64,000 nt of DNA from Octopus vulgaris (GCA_951406725.2 OX597816.1:54126001-54190000), one strand, 5' to 3'. Positions 11,701 through 24,789 are shown, counted from the stretch's first letter. Program-made: numbers and translations. The notes: generated by a model from the letters alone, not told the origin.

Positions 11701-14115
11701 TCAAACAGCCGTTCCGAACTCGTCTTTGTAACTGGCAGTAGGGGAGGACACTGGACTGTTTATATCTCCATTTACCACACTGGACCTACTGTAGAATCGT
11801 GGCGGTTTTCTTGGAGCTAAGCTCCCAAGACTTCCAACCGAAGAATATCGTTTGTTTGTATCTTCTTTAGGTTTAATTTGTGGCGAAGTAAAAGTAACAC
11901 TGCGCTTTGGACAGCCATCGCTCGATACAGGTGAGACAGCAAAAGGTAGAACCTTGTTTTTGCTTCCGAATATTGGGTCATAAGAGGAATTATATACAAT
12001 GTTTGGATTCTGGTTTTTTGAAAACAGATAGTCATTGAGAGGTTCCTGATTGATCATTATGTTATAGAATTCTTCATTGTCGTTGTTATTGCTTTTATGA
12101 CGACGATTTGTCACATAGTGAGGTGGACCTGTTTTGAACGATGAATAAGAGCCAATAGTATTTCTGGGGAAAGTTGTTAGTGGAACTTCTTTAATGTTGC
12201 CTCGCTGCTTGCTTTGGTGAGTTGGTGTATTTTGAGCACTTAATGTTGATCCTAGCAAAGGTGATGCAGACTCAGAAAATGGATGATCTTTTTGAAGCCA
12301 GCAAGACGTGTTATTTGGTTCGAGTTCAGAATGAGTTTCATTGAAACGTGTATTAGAAGTATAGAGCTGAGAAACATCTTCAGAATCAACAGGATCGGAC
12401 TTGAACGACACATAGTTACCATCACTAACTACAGTTTGGTAAAGGGGGTCCATTTCTCCCATGTCCATTTGGTCTTCATCACAACTCCGGTTTTTCACGT
12501 CCGAACGATTTTTCTTTTCAAACAAGTCCTCAATTGTGATCCGCAGTTTTTCTTGACGTTTGCGTTGGTTTTTTATATGTCTGAAAACTAACAGCAACAT
12601 CAGAAGAACTATTAATACCAGAGTAATGGCTACGGAACAAATTATTGCTGTTTTAGCATTGAAAATAGTTTTTTTCGTCTCCATTTCCAATGGTAATCTG
12701 TTTGGGTTTAGCTCTAAATTCACCTTGTAAGTTACTGAGTCTCTTCCCATGGGATTTCTGGCTAAACATTTATAGAAACCAACATCTTTCTTCTGAAAGT
12801 TTTTTATAGTAAGAACCAAATTTTGAATATTTTCTAAATACTCGACGATCCTAAAATGATCGTCTTTGCTGTCCCCCCTAATGCGTCTGTCATTATGGAG
12901 CCATATCATTTCAGCAGGAGGGTCAGAGTATAACCTACATGTTAAATTCACATTGGTACCAGCTTGTATCTTTAAAGACGTTCCACTCGAATACATCATG
13001 ATCTTACAAGCAAATTGATGCTCAGGTACTTTCATGAAATCTTTTCTGCTATTAATATGAGGCCCAGAACAAATCGGTAAAATTGTATTTGAAGGCCATT
13101 TCCTATAACTTCTTTCTACCCAATCTCGTAACCAGCGTAGCTTACAATCACACTGCCAAGGATTATTGTATAGATGTAATGTTTCAAGATCTTGTCCGGA
13201 TTTGTACAAAGCTCTAGAAGACAAACTTTGCAGTATATTATTTTGAATGCTCAAACTTCGAAGAGAAACGAGAGAGGTCAAGGCGTAGTCGTCTATCACA
13301 AACAGTCGGTTTTTGTCCAATTTTACAGTGGAAAGTTCTTTTAGAGTTGGAAAAGCATGTTGACTAATGTGTTGTATATTATTACCGCTGAGAATCAATG
13401 TCTCCAATGCAGGCAAACTCTTTAGAGCTTCTGTTGGAATTGTGGTCAACATATTACCTTTTAAATCCAAAGCAACCAGATTAACTAATCCAGTAAAGGC
13501 ATTAATATTGATATCTTCGATTGAATTTTGACGTAATGATAAATTTCGCAGTTCGTCGTATCTGGCAAAATATATAATGGATTTTATAAGCTTTATCATA
13601 TTATAATCTAAATTTAGTTCCCATGTCTTCACGTGTAAATCATTTGGTACGTCTTCCAGGTTTCTCTGGCTGCAATTCACTGAATAAATATCTCTGTAGT
13701 CCACCTCTGTACGGCAAACTGGCTCTTCTGATGAACTTGATGATAACATTGGCAAGCTATACAGAAGCAGTAGAAAAATAGAAATTCTGAAGATTTTCAG
13801 ACATTGTGGAGAATTTCTGTTTAAGTGAGTGTAAAGTTTTGGAGAAATATCTTTCTTTAATAATTTCGATGACCAAGTAAAGGGATATTCTGTGTGAAAG
13901 CAGGAAAAAGACATTCCTACACGAATATAACGAAATGAAGAGTTTTCTTCATCAAAGTCTAAAGAATTTGTCTCTTCCGTCTCTTCTAAAATTCTTTCAA
14001 GTTTTTTCTTTCTTTTCTTTTTTCTGTAAATTTCTGTTTTTCCTTTATGTTGTGTGACAAGAAACTGGAAAATTTCCAAGCATTGTTGGTACCAAGGATA
14101 TCCAAGATGTGCCAT
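11701..14115 (-). CDS. Kekkon-like LRR-Ig (LIG family) single-pass membrane protein, 804 aa from the first ATG in the exon
   Basis: Long uninterrupted non-repetitive ORF. Hydrophobic signal-like segment IFRISIFLLLLYSLPML; reduced LRRNT (C...VNCSQRNLEDVP); about 7 LxxLxLxxN repeats; LRRCT NPWQCDCKLRW...CSGP...FAC; one Ig domain (NLTC..W..DVGFYKC); TM AIICSVAITLVLIVLLMLLLVF; long cytoplasmic tail ending EFGTAV (class I PDZ ligand). The track start at 14181 is intron polypyrimidine sequence. ATG at 14115 has a strong context (AAGATGG). An upstream coding exon cannot be excluded. Confidence 0.93.
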   Translation of the reverse strand: MAHLGYPWYQQCLEIFQFLVTQHKGKTEIYRKKKRKKKLERILEETEETNSLDFDEENSSFRYIRVGMSFSCFHTEYPFTWSSKLLKKDISPKLYTHLNRNSPQCLKIFRISIFLLLLYSLPMLSSSSSEEPVCRTEVDYRDIYSVNCSQRNLEDVPNDLHVKTWELNLDYNMIKLIKSIIYFARYDELRNLSLRQNSIEDININAFTGLVNLVALDLKGNMLTTIPTEALKSLPALETLILSGNNIQHISQHAFPTLKELSTVKLDKNRLFVIDDYALTSLVSLRSLSIQNNILQSLSSRALYKSGQDLETLHLYNNPWQCDCKLRWLRDWVERSYRKWPSNTILPICSGPHINSRKDFMKVPEHQFACKIMMYSSGTSLKIQAGTNVNLTCRLYSDPPAEMIWLHNDRRIRGDSKDDHFRIVEYLENIQNLVLTIKNFQKKDVGFYKCLARNPMGRDSVTYKVNLELNPNRLPLEMETKKTIFNAKTAIICSVAITLVLIVLLMLLLVFRHIKNQRKRQEKLRITIEDLFEKKNRSDVKNRSCDEDQMDMGEMDPLYQTVVSDGNYVSFKSDPVDSEDVSQLYTSNTRFNETHSELEPNNTSCWLQKDHPFSESASPLLGSTLSAQNTPTHQSKQRGNIKEVPLTTFPRNTIGSYSSFKTGPPHYVTNRRHKSNNNDNEEFYNIMINQEPLNDYLFSKNQNPNIVYNSSYDPIFGSKNKVLPFAVSPVSSDGCPKRSVTFTSPQIKPKEDTNKRYSSVGSLGSLAPRKPPRFYSRSSVVNGDINSPVSSPTASYKDEFGTAV

Positions 14116-14133
14116 CTTTCCCCAATTTTCTTC

Positions 14134-14185
14134 CTGTAAAATAAAAAGGAAAAAAAAAATTAAAAAACAAAACCAAAACAAGAAC
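14134..14185 (-). promoter_or_regulatory. 3' splice acceptor (polypyrimidine tract plus CAG) for the coding exon
   Basis: Minus strand TTTTTTTTTTCCTTTTTATTTTACAG|GAAGAAAATTGG; exon would begin at 14133, 18 nt before the ATG. Confidence 0.8.
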
Positions 14186-14667
14186 CTTTAATTCATACAC
14201 AGGTTAGTAGTTTCAAAAAAAAAAAAAATTACAAATATAATTTTTAACTACGGCTTCAGAATAATTTGATACATTTGAAATGTTTTCATGTTTTCTGTAA
14301 CGATTGACCACTCATTTAAATATGGAATTCCTTTTAGAAATGAGATTGATAATTATTTTATCGCAATGTTTAGAAATACTGTGGTATCTAGCTGGCCTGA
14401 AAGTTTTCCATAATCACCTACCAACCATGCAATATCTTTTTTTCTCAAACCATTAACTTCTTATTGGCGAAACAATACAGATCACAGACAACATAATGAC
14501 TTGGTAATGAACCAGGGATGTCCTACGAAACATTTCGATCACATTTTGATAAGAGTAATCGTAAAATTGGATTATGTATATATATATATATATGGATCAG
14601 AACGGTTTGATTAAAATTCCATGCTAAAGTTTCAAATGCCCCGATGAAATTCGAATCATAATCATCT

Positions 14668-14864
14668 ATTCATAATTAATATAATCGCCAATATATATAT
14701 ATATATCACCGTGATCACCGTAAGCGACCAGGTTATCAGATGTTTCTACACATCGCCGGTCACAATGCGCTTCGCATTGTGTTAGCCTTCAAATGACGCC
14801 ACCCCGCTGGCTAAGCGAGCAGGCCATATATATATATATATTGGCAATTATATTAATTATGAAT
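14668..14864. repeat. 25-bp inverted repeat plus (TA)n enclosing a ~120-bp probable retroelement tail fragment
   Basis: TATTCATAATTAATATAATCGCCAA versus TTGGCAATTATATTAATTATGAATA (1 mismatch). GC-richer insert at 14707-14825. Confidence 0.75.
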
Positions 14865-17299
14865 ACAAATATGTAAATAAAATGTACATATGCAGCATCA
14901 ATTTTAAAGAGGATGTATTATTTGCTGTATGAAATTATAAGAAGATAGTCAGTCCACAGTGGTCCCTTACTCTTTTTGCATCATGGATCATTTTCGTGTC
15001 AGACAATTTTTCCTTAAGCCGGGAAATCACACGCATAACTTTACAAATCAAGTGCCTAATAATCTAATTTAATTATTACAGATATAATACATAGATTTTG
15101 CATGTATAATACAAATACATGCAATACAAATTGCCAAAACATCCCGCAGACTGGTTGGGGTCCTTTGCATTTACAGATAAATATTTAGATTCTAAATTCC
15201 ATCGAATAAGTCAGGCAGTAATTCTTATTTATTCGAATAATTTTGGTACCAACCCTGAAAATGTCCACGGAACACTAAAGTTGGAAACTTATTACGTGGC
15301 CAGAGGGATTGTTTCGACCGATTGAAAGGTGATATAAATTGGGTGGCCAGTGGTATGACTTGCTGGCATCGGTTGAGAGGTGGCATCGATTGGTTGATAC
15401 ATCGTATCGATTGATTGAGAGGTGGTGTTGCTGAACTGACAGGGATTGATTCCAAAGTGACAGAGATATCGCATAAAAGGAAAGTAAAAATAGCAATCTA
15501 GAAAGAGAAAACCGCCATCTTTACACCTTCCCCGCAGCTTTAAAATAATGGACGAGCTAACGATTCAATGAGACTATCACTGTGATTTTTTGTTTCTTTT
15601 ACTTGTTTCAGTAAATTAGGCTGCGGCCATGCTGGAGCATTGCATTGGAATGTGAAAGGCTTGTAGTTAAAGGAAGAACACAGGATGGATTTTGAGAAAG
15701 TCATGACCTCCAAACGAATATGAAATATCTGAATTTGGAACGCTGAAGTGAGTGCTGGCTCAGTTGCGATCTTTGACTGCGATGTTGTATTTAATTAGTA
15801 GAAACTCCTAAAGATCTATTTAATCCTCAATTGTTACGAGGAGTCCATTACTTCTCCTTTCATTGAAACATAAAATTGTTGAAAACAATGAAGAATACTT
15901 TAGACTCTTCCACGACAATGGCTCTGTATACCTCTATTGAACAACAGAAACGGAATTAGCAGATGGTTTTATAATACTTCTATAGTTGTCATGAAATAAG
16001 AAATATAAATCGACTATTATAGTTATTTTTTTCAAACTTAATGTAACATAAATCAATGACTGAACATTGATAAAGAACACGTTAATGGTATTGTTGAGTT
16101 CGATTGAAAGAAATAGAGATTATAGAAAGTTGCGATTAAATAGAAAAATAAATACACACTTTCCAATTGTTTAAAAATATATTTATCTTGTTCCCAGATT
16201 CTAAAAAGAAAATAATTTTGAAATCTGACTGCTTTTTCAGTAAGACATCAGCAGGTTTCATATATATTGAAGATATATTTTGCCAATATATATATTTAGA
16301 TGAAATAAATCGAGATATTGATAGATATTGACTTGAAAGTTATTAGTTTGAAATAAATATTTGCTGGAAATAAAGAAAAATCATAAATATTCCTTGTAAG
16401 TTGAGTCGATTCCTAGAATTCTCTTTAAAAGATTTAACGGGATTTTATTTTATTTGTTTCAATATTTTTAACAGCCATAGTCGTTAATCTCCCTCTTCTG
16501 CCTAATATGTATTGTTCTGTATTTATCTTCTCCAGAAAAATCACTAGTAATGTTCAATTCTTCTTTACTATCACAGTTTGTTAGGTTAACCTTTAAGAAA
16601 CCTCATACTTCTTACAGTCTTCGATCAAATGATCCCTCATTTCTCAACCCTTTTTCAACCAACTTCGTTCTCCTGTTTGTACAATTACCATAACATCCTT
16701 TACTTGTTTCAAACTGTAAAATCATTTCCTGTCAAAACTATTAACTTCCGGTCTCTCATCATTAACTAAAGCGTCTCAATCATAAAACTTCTCTGAATCA
16801 TTTATTGACCAACGAATGATGAAAGGTAAAGTCGACCTAAGCAAGATTTGAACCTAGAATATAAAGTTTAGTAAACTAAATACTGCAAGATTATAGGTTA
16901 GATACTCTTCTGATTCTACCCATGCTGTTGTTCTATCAATCTTACCAGTCACCACCTTCATGTTGCACTGATTCCACCACTTAATCCACCGATATTATAC
17001 CAATCCATAGTTCTGTTCTTATAACATTTAAAGAAGTCAACTTCAGAGATATTTAATTGGTGAGTATTAAAAGTAAACAAGAAACGAAGAGTTTATAAAA
17101 TCAGTCATCATGTGAATCTCTAAAATAGTCTGAAATATATTCGCAAGTGTTTTACTTTTCATCTGACATTGATTGTATAACGTAAGACTTTACACGCCGG
17201 TCTCCTATAATAAGATAAAATTCTATCATGTCATGAAGAATAAATTCCATTGGGAAAGAGTCATTTTGGCCATTCTTATATTCGCTTTTCATTTATTTT

Positions 17300-17800
17300 G
17301 TGAATGTCTTATCGAAACTCCAAGCCTCTGGGCTCCACCCTCCACTCCTCTCCCATCGTTTGGATTCATAACTTCTTATCAGATTGCACTACTACTGCAG
17401 GGACTGACAGAGCTCTTTCAACCTTTCAAACAAATTCGATGTGTCACAAGATAAACTTTTATCTCCGCCTCCGAGTTTTCTTTCAGTACATCAATGACTT
17501 GTTTACCTCCTCTTCTGACAACACATACCCCAACACTGATAACGTCTTTCATTCTTCCTTAATATTCTTCAACCACCCCAATCACTCACTGACTCCATGA
17601 ACAGGAATATCGAAAGCAGCCTCCATTGACGCTTTTTCTAATATTCTCTTTCAACGACAAGAAACTTGAACGTTATTCCTTAAAAAAAAAGAATAATCTA
17701 TCCACATTCTTTGCGATATTTGTTTCGAAGCAAATTCCAGATACTCCCTTGCCTTTCTCGACACCAGAAAACCAATTATTGGTCTCATGTAGATTACGTG
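17300..17800 (+). mobile_element. Degenerate CR1/Jockey-group RT remnant
   Basis: WIHNFLSD...TD..LS...(PQ)...LSP...YINDL pattern of the RT motif 4 region, broken by frameshifts. Confidence 0.5.
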
Positions 17801-18804
17801 CTATTGTTTATTAGTTGGGTTATAGAATAAAAATGTTTTATCATAAAATTACTTTTACTTGCGAGTATTTCCTTCCTCGTCTCATGTCTCCCTCACAATC
17901 ATCACAGCTCTTTCAACTCAGCTCCGTAACATATTATGTTTTTAATTTCTACCTTTTAGAGTTGTTCATTTTCTCTGTTCAGCCCTAATTTATTTGTCTA
18001 CAAGGAAATCAGCCTCATTCCATGTCATTGAACGAATATTCTTTGCTTCATGAATCAGGTTATTATTATACATCTTTGGTAAAGATGTAAGTCTATTCTA
18101 ATTTAATCTCATAGCCTTCTTGTAATCTCAACGTAAAGAGAATCAAGAATTCGGTTGTAACAGTGATTCCTTCTACAGACCCAACAAAGGAGATCTGTCC
18201 ATGAAACCAGTTAAGCAGAAATACGAAAGATACAAATGGAAAACAAGACAAGCAACATAAAGAACGACTATTCATCAGTTTTATCGGCTGTTTTATCTAC
18301 TCCACATTTAGAGCATTTACGACAAGATGTACCTTCGTCAAAACAGCTGTTCCCGCAAAGCAAATTAAATAAAATTTAGTATTTGCGGATATCAAGGTTG
18401 ATAACAAAAACAGAACAGTGAAAACGGTAAGGGCTGTTAAGCCATGACGAGGTGAGGTGGCGAACGCAGGAGAAACAAGCTTTGACAGGAGACAGACAAG
18501 GATGCGTCTGATCACTTGTAGCTGATCGGAAGAAAAGAAACTCAAATTAGGAAAAGAAAGATGGCCGATGGTCACGTGTGAGCAGCGAGAGAGTAAAGGA
18601 GGACGAGAGAGGGACAGATAGAGAACGGTGGAGGGGAGAGTAAAAGAATTAGAGAAAGGATGAGATAGAAAAAACGAAAGGGGAGAATTAAAAAAATTAG
18701 AGAAAGGAAGAAAGAGGAAACGAAAGAGAAACAGAAATAGAACAAGTGTCGCATCAAAATTAAGATAAACTTACTTGGAAATGGATGCGCTGCGTTCAAT
18801 CATA

Positions 18805-18852
<48 letters not shown>

Positions 18853-18887
18853 TGTATACATACATATATGTACATACATATATATAT

Positions 18888-19113
18888 ACTCTTTACTCTT
18901 TTTACTCTTTTACTAGTTTCAGTCATTTGACTGTGGCTATGCTGGAGCACCGCCTTTAGTCGAGCAAATCGACCCCATGACTTATTCTTTGTAAGCCTAG
19001 TACTTATTCTATCGGTCTCTTTTGCCGAGCCGCTAATTTACGGGGACGTAAACACACCAGCATCGGTTGTCAAGCGATGTTGGGGGGACAAACACAGACA
19101 CATAAACACATAC

Positions 19114-19144
<31 letters not shown>

Positions 19145-19308
19145 CGACGGGCTTCTTTCAGTTTCTGTCTACCAAATCCACTCACAAGGCTTTGGTCGGC
19201 CCGAGGCTATAGTAGAAGACAGTTGCCCAAGGTGCCATGCAGTGGGACTGAACCCGGAAACATGTGGTTAGTAAGCAAGCTACTTACCACACAGTCACTC
19301 ATACGCCT
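18888..19308 (-). mobile_element. Full-length tRNA-derived SINE family B
   Basis: Minus-strand head AGGCGTATGAGTGACTGTGTGGTAAG (A box)...GGTTCAGTCCC (B box); CORE-like GGCACCTTGGGCAA; internal CA/TA tract; short (AAAAGAGT)n-type tail. Partial copy at 54535-54812. Confidence 0.85.
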
Positions 19309-19720
19309 ATATATGTATATACATATGTATATATGGGTACAGGACTTCATAGAACGTAAACATATACATACACTAACAGAGTTGGTGCTTATCTAGTAGA
19401 GTCATAGAAATTCTCTTTCATGTTTATTTTTTGTATAATTGATAAACATAATCGACTTTTTTTAAAATATATATTTAGCCATCAATACTAGACACATTTA
19501 ATAGTAAATAACGAAAGCAAATTTTGCCAATCGTGCTTTTATTACTTGTTTGTGTTTTGTTTTTCTATGGGTCTATACTTATGTCTTTCTCACTCTCCTC
19601 TCTCTCCATCTCTTTCTTGCCCTCTCTCTCTTTATGTGTGTGTGTTTGTGTCTATATATATGTATGTGTGTATATACGTGTGTATATGTATTTGTATGTG
19701 TATGTGTGTGTATGCTTGTG

Positions 19721-19792
<72 letters not shown>

Positions 19793-20944
19793 TGTGTATT
19801 ATTTGGTAGTATTTAACCACCTACACACGCGGTCGTTTCTCTGCTGAATTGACACCTCTCAGTAGCTTGAAAAAATTTCCGTCGATCTAAAAATTACCTT
19901 GGGACTCTTTGTGGATTTATGACTCCATCCATTTATTCATCCTCAACCCAAACGTTGATGACTCACTGATAATTGACTCCCATTAATTATCTTTACTCAC
20001 CTCTCCCCAATCTCCCACCTGCCCTTTCCCCCTCTCCTTTTTCTATTCGTCCCTCTCTATCTTCTCAGTCTTTTGACAATATTCATTTATGTATTACCCA
20101 TCCATTAATTTAAATTACTTATTTAATATACTTATTTTCATATTGCACATATCTGTATCTATTCTACGTAAATTATCATGTTACTATATTATTTTTCTAT
20201 ATTACACATTTTATTTTATATTTTTACCTTTGTATAATTTATATATTATATACATTGTATTTTATTCAACTCGGTTTTAGTTGTATAAATTACTCTTTCT
20301 TTCTTTTCAAACTTTTTCTCTACTCGCTTTCTCTATCTCTCTCTTATACTCTCTTTTTCTCTTGTACCTAGTAGACGTCCTTCTCTTCTAATTGCTTTCT
20401 TTCTTTTTCCCTCCCTAAATAATTATAAAATGCTTCGCCATTCATCCCACTTTGGACATAGTTATCAGTAACGTAATACAATAAAGTATTCCCTGATGAT
20501 CCATTGTGGGTGAGCATTTGAAACACCTATTGTAAGGCTCCAAACAGCCTTAGTGGTGAAACGAGCGCAGGAACTATATAAACATGCGTTTATCCCCATT
20601 TCTTCTATTTTCATAATTGTGAAAATATGCTTAAGTTCTCTGTTTCTTATTTGTGACAAACATTGCTGTTTTCTAAATATTTACATCTTAGTCAGAGATT
20701 TCAGGTCGGCAATCATGACTCATTCTTCTTGGTGGGAGAGAGGGCGAAGATTACTGGAGACCTGCTTGTAATAGAGTGAACTCTCTTTAAGATATCCAGG
20801 AATACCAGGTGTGGGTGATAAACCAGGCATTGGATTAAAACCCAACAACTGATAACCTAAAGAGCTGAAACAATCACCACATGGCTCTGACAATTCCGCC
20901 GCCAATCCACTGCTCTGGAGTGGTTTTTTTTACTTGACTTTGGA

Positions 20945-21430
20945 ATGATAAAAAGAGTACTGATGTCAGAGAAATGTAAGATTTTGTGGGACTTTCCTAT
21001 TCAAATGGAGGAGTTAGAAAATAATAGACCGGACGTAACAATCATAAATAATAAAAAGCGACGTTGCTTACTAATCGACCCATCATGCCTGGTTAATTCT
21101 AGGATCGTGAAGAAAGATGAAGAAAAACAAAAAAATTACAATCACATAAAATTTGTAATAGGAAGAATTTTGGAGCATGCTAACAGTAGAGGTAGGAATA
21201 TGAAAACTGTAAAGTTGGTGCCTATAATAATTGGTGGGTTGGGAACAGTAAGCCAAGATATAGACAAGTGGCTGAAGGAGATTGGAATAGAATGCCTGGT
21301 AGAGCTCCTATAGAAAGTTTGTCTCTTGGGAACAGCAAGGATTATCAGGAGGGTCCTCAGCACTTGAAAGACTGCTGAAAACTTGTGGATACATAAGGTT
21401 ACAGGTAGCAACCCGCTATCCATAAACTAT
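20945..21430 (+). mobile_element. R4/Dong-like RLE LINE, 3' fragment
   Basis: KILWDFPIQ...NRPDV...CLLIDPSC...K.K.Y...VPIIIGGLG...LLGTARIIRRVL (PD-(D/E)xK restriction-like endonuclease). Confidence 0.85.
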
Positions 21431-22374
21431 GTATATTAAATAAGTAATTTAAATTAATAGATGGGTAATGTATAAACTCTACCAGGAATAAGACCGAACC
21501 TGATCCGAACCAAAATGATGATAATAATAATAATGATAATTAATTAATTAATATATTACTGGGGTTGAGAGGACAAGAAGATATGAAGATCTGTTATCTT
21601 TATATAAATGTTGAAAGTCTATTCTGGCAAATAGGATTTTCCTGTGCGTCTCTTTCCGTAAATCAATATTTATCACTTTTGTTGAGCAGAAATGAGGAAC
21701 TTCATTATCAATATTACTAGGTTTTGTACACGATTTAAAATCATTTCTCATTGGTTATTTTTTACAACGAAGAATATTTTTGGAAATATTTAAAAAAGTT
21801 CTTTCTCTCTCTTCCCACCTCACTCCCTCTTAAAATAATAAATGAGAAAAGTATTTAATTTTTAATATTTAACATAGATTCTCTATAACCATAGACAGAT
21901 TGTTTCGAAAATTCTCTTTTCTCATCAATGTGATGCGAAGTGAATGGGCTTGTGATAAAAATAATAGACGCATTTCATGTTGAGGCAAAGTTATTGATTT
22001 TTCTCAAACATAAATTTGACCTACGATGTATATTTCGTCCAATGTAGATTCCCGTCCAGCTTTCACTGATTCTTATCGTTGAAATATTTATGTTACGAAA
22101 TAGAATTTTATTATCCTAAAACATCCATACATATATGGATGAAAGCCACTTGTGCACCTGTGAATTTCTACGACCGTTGTGTCAGACAATCTGCAATGAG
22201 GAGCACCATTCTTAAATTCTTAATTGGATGCGATTTTCACTCAGTATAAATTCATTTTTCGTTGGCTATTCATGGGAAATAAGAATTTTTGTAGATAATG
22301 GACTGGTGACGTTTAATAACTAGTTTTCTAATTATTAAGATAGACAGACTGACATACAGACAGACAAGCAAGTA

Positions 22375-22525
22375 GGAAGGAAGGAAGGTAAGTAGATAGG
22401 TAGGTAGGTAGGTAGATAGGTAGGTAGATAGGTAGGTAGGTAGGTAGGTAGGTAGGTAGGTAGGTAGGTAGGTAGGTAGGTAGGTAAGTAGGCAGGCAGA
22501 CAGGCAGGCAGCTAGCTAGCTAGGT
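22375..22525. repeat. (TAGG)n compound microsatellite
   Basis: Directly visible; not a telomere-type repeat. Confidence 0.95.
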
Positions 22526-23670
22526 AAGAAATTTTCATTTGTTCCACAGACGACATCCTACCAAAGCAAAACGGACATCTTGAAACAATGAGTCTATCAC
22601 TGCAGCAATGATAAATACTAATTAGTTAATGCCTTAAATTAATTAGCAATAGTATTTTGTTAACAAACTTTCAGTCTGAAGAAGTTGACAATTGTCGCAA
22701 AAGGATATTATTGAATATCGATGACTTGTCTGCCATTCGGCTTTAAGCTGCTTCTAAACAAGGAAAGCACTTAATCGCTGTTGAATGATGTTGATTTATA
22801 TTTCATTCGTATTCTGAATATCTACACGCCCACATTGGCATCTTGGGCAAACCTATTCTCTTATAGCATTTGATCAAAGCTTTTCGTGTGAAATCCAGTA
22901 GACAAGGCTATGCATGTTGGACAAGGCGGAATTAATTATCGTTTTATTTTTTAACATCAACACCAGGTCCTTGGTTGTTTTTAGCAGCATAGTCCTTACT
23001 CTTACAAGCATTTGGACCAGGTTTCCTGTCTGAAAGTAACTTCTTTTCTAAAGAAAGCCCTGAAAATGATTATGTATCTTTCTATTTTGAAACTAACTTA
23101 TACTCGATGGTCTTAATGAGATAGATCGTTTCTGTTCTAGTAGATTCCCGTTTGCTAGTAGCACTATATTCCTACCGCCACTAACAATCCACAGTTGTTT
23201 ATACAACCATATTGCTCGGCATATAGATTACTTTACCATTGCTTGTTTGTTTCTTTTAATTTATAGACAAGAATTTCCAGCTAATTTTCTTGATAGAGTG
23301 AAGTTTACAATAAAATGTGATACTTCATTGGTTGTTGATCAGGTGAACGGGAATTGTAAGGAAAACGGTCAATAATTATATTTTCATTTGTTGAAACGTT
23401 TTGTTTCTCTTGGTTTTCTCCAGTTTTTCAAGAAATTCAATGTTAACATACAATGTATATTCATTATATATATACTATCAAAAATATTTCTTCTGTAACT
23501 ATTTCTTATTCAGCTAGCGTTTTATATTTATCTTTACATGACTAAACTTTAACTTTAAAAATATTCATAATAAGATTATTCTTCTTATTCCGAAAAAAAA
23601 CAAAAAAAAACTTAGACTTTTTTCATTGAGAAAGTGCAAGAAATCAATACTAAAGGTTATGGGCCATTTA

Positions 23671-24567
23671 CGAGGTGGTATCAAAACGTTCCCGGACTAG
23701 TTCTGTAGTGCGCCAACAGATGGCAGCACACAGTTGCATGCACAGTGAGAGCTAGCAGTGACCTCTATGGGGCAGTGTGCTGAGTGACATCGCTGTGTTT
23801 ACTTCGCAAGTTGTGAAATTCGTGTTTTTCTGATCACGTGAAAGCTGTAGTCAGTGATTTTTTTGTCCTGAACTGCAAAGTGGAACAAAGAGCGAACGTG
23901 AAATTTTACGTTAAACTTGGGAAGTCTGCTACAGAGACATTGAGCGTGCTTCGGCAAGCTTACGGAGATGAGGCAATGGGTCTTATTCACTGTTTCGAGT
24001 GCTTCAAAAGCGGAAAAACGTCCCTGAAATACGATGATCCACCTGGAAGGCCTTCCATACGTGTCACCTCCGAAAATATGGAGAAAATTCATCAGCTTCT
24101 GTATGATAATCATCGGAGGACAATCAACGACATTGCTGATGTTGTTGGTCTGTCGTATGAGTCCGTGTAGGCAATCCTAACGAACCCTGTTACCGTGTTT
24201 ATCGAACCCTGTTACCGTGTCCTTCTCACTCGTGAGTTTCTCGTCAAAAACATGGTATTGCTCCTACATCCGCCTTATTCGCCAGATTTTTCGCCTTCGG
24301 ATATCCATCTCTTCCCCAAGAGGAATTTGCAGTTCAAAGGTCGCTGCTTCAACCCTGTTATCGAGATCAAGGGCGAACCGCAGAAGGTCCTCGACTCGCT
24401 TACGGAAAACGACTTCCAGGCCGTATTCCAAAAGTGGCGGGAACGCTGAGACCGATGTACTGCTGCGCAATGGGATTATTTCGAAGGAGATGATGTCAAA
24501 AATTAGGTAAAAAAAAGGAATTTTTTATTAAACATAACTAGTCCGGGAACTCTTTGAGAGCGCCTAG
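23671..24567 (+). mobile_element. Internally deleted mariner (irritans-like), non-autonomous
   Basis: TA|CGAGGTGGTATCAAAACGTTCCCGGACTAGTT versus degenerate right TIR AACTAGTCCGGGAAC. EQRANVKF..LGKSATET HTH region is joined to HPPYSPDFSPSD..LFP; the first two catalytic Asp regions are deleted. An 18-bp duplication (24181/24203) lies at the junction. Confidence 0.85.
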
Positions 24568-24789
24568 TGAACATAGAAACCAGAGAAGCTGCTATATGAT
24601 AATATACGATAATATATGATACTTTGTGGTCAGAAATGAGTTCGGCTGGAAGGAACAACGAATATATCAGGTCAGATACGGCTTAAGGTGCTGCTGGTAT
24701 CAAGGGCAATAATTATTCTAATTTTGTAACTAGTGATGTATGAACAACTGTTTCTACTAATTCTGGATCCGCGGAAATTGTATCATTGG

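Noticed and set aside
14116-14181. Hydrophobic MFWFCFLIFFFLFILQ as the receptor's signal peptide
   Set aside because: It is the translated polypyrimidine tract ending in the CAG acceptor, with a non-ATG start.
20485-20580. CTGATGA...GAAAC hammerhead candidate
   Set aside because: No convincing stems I-III around the core.
22390-22490. Interstitial telomeric repeat
   Set aside because: The unit is TAGG, not TTAGGG or TTAGG.
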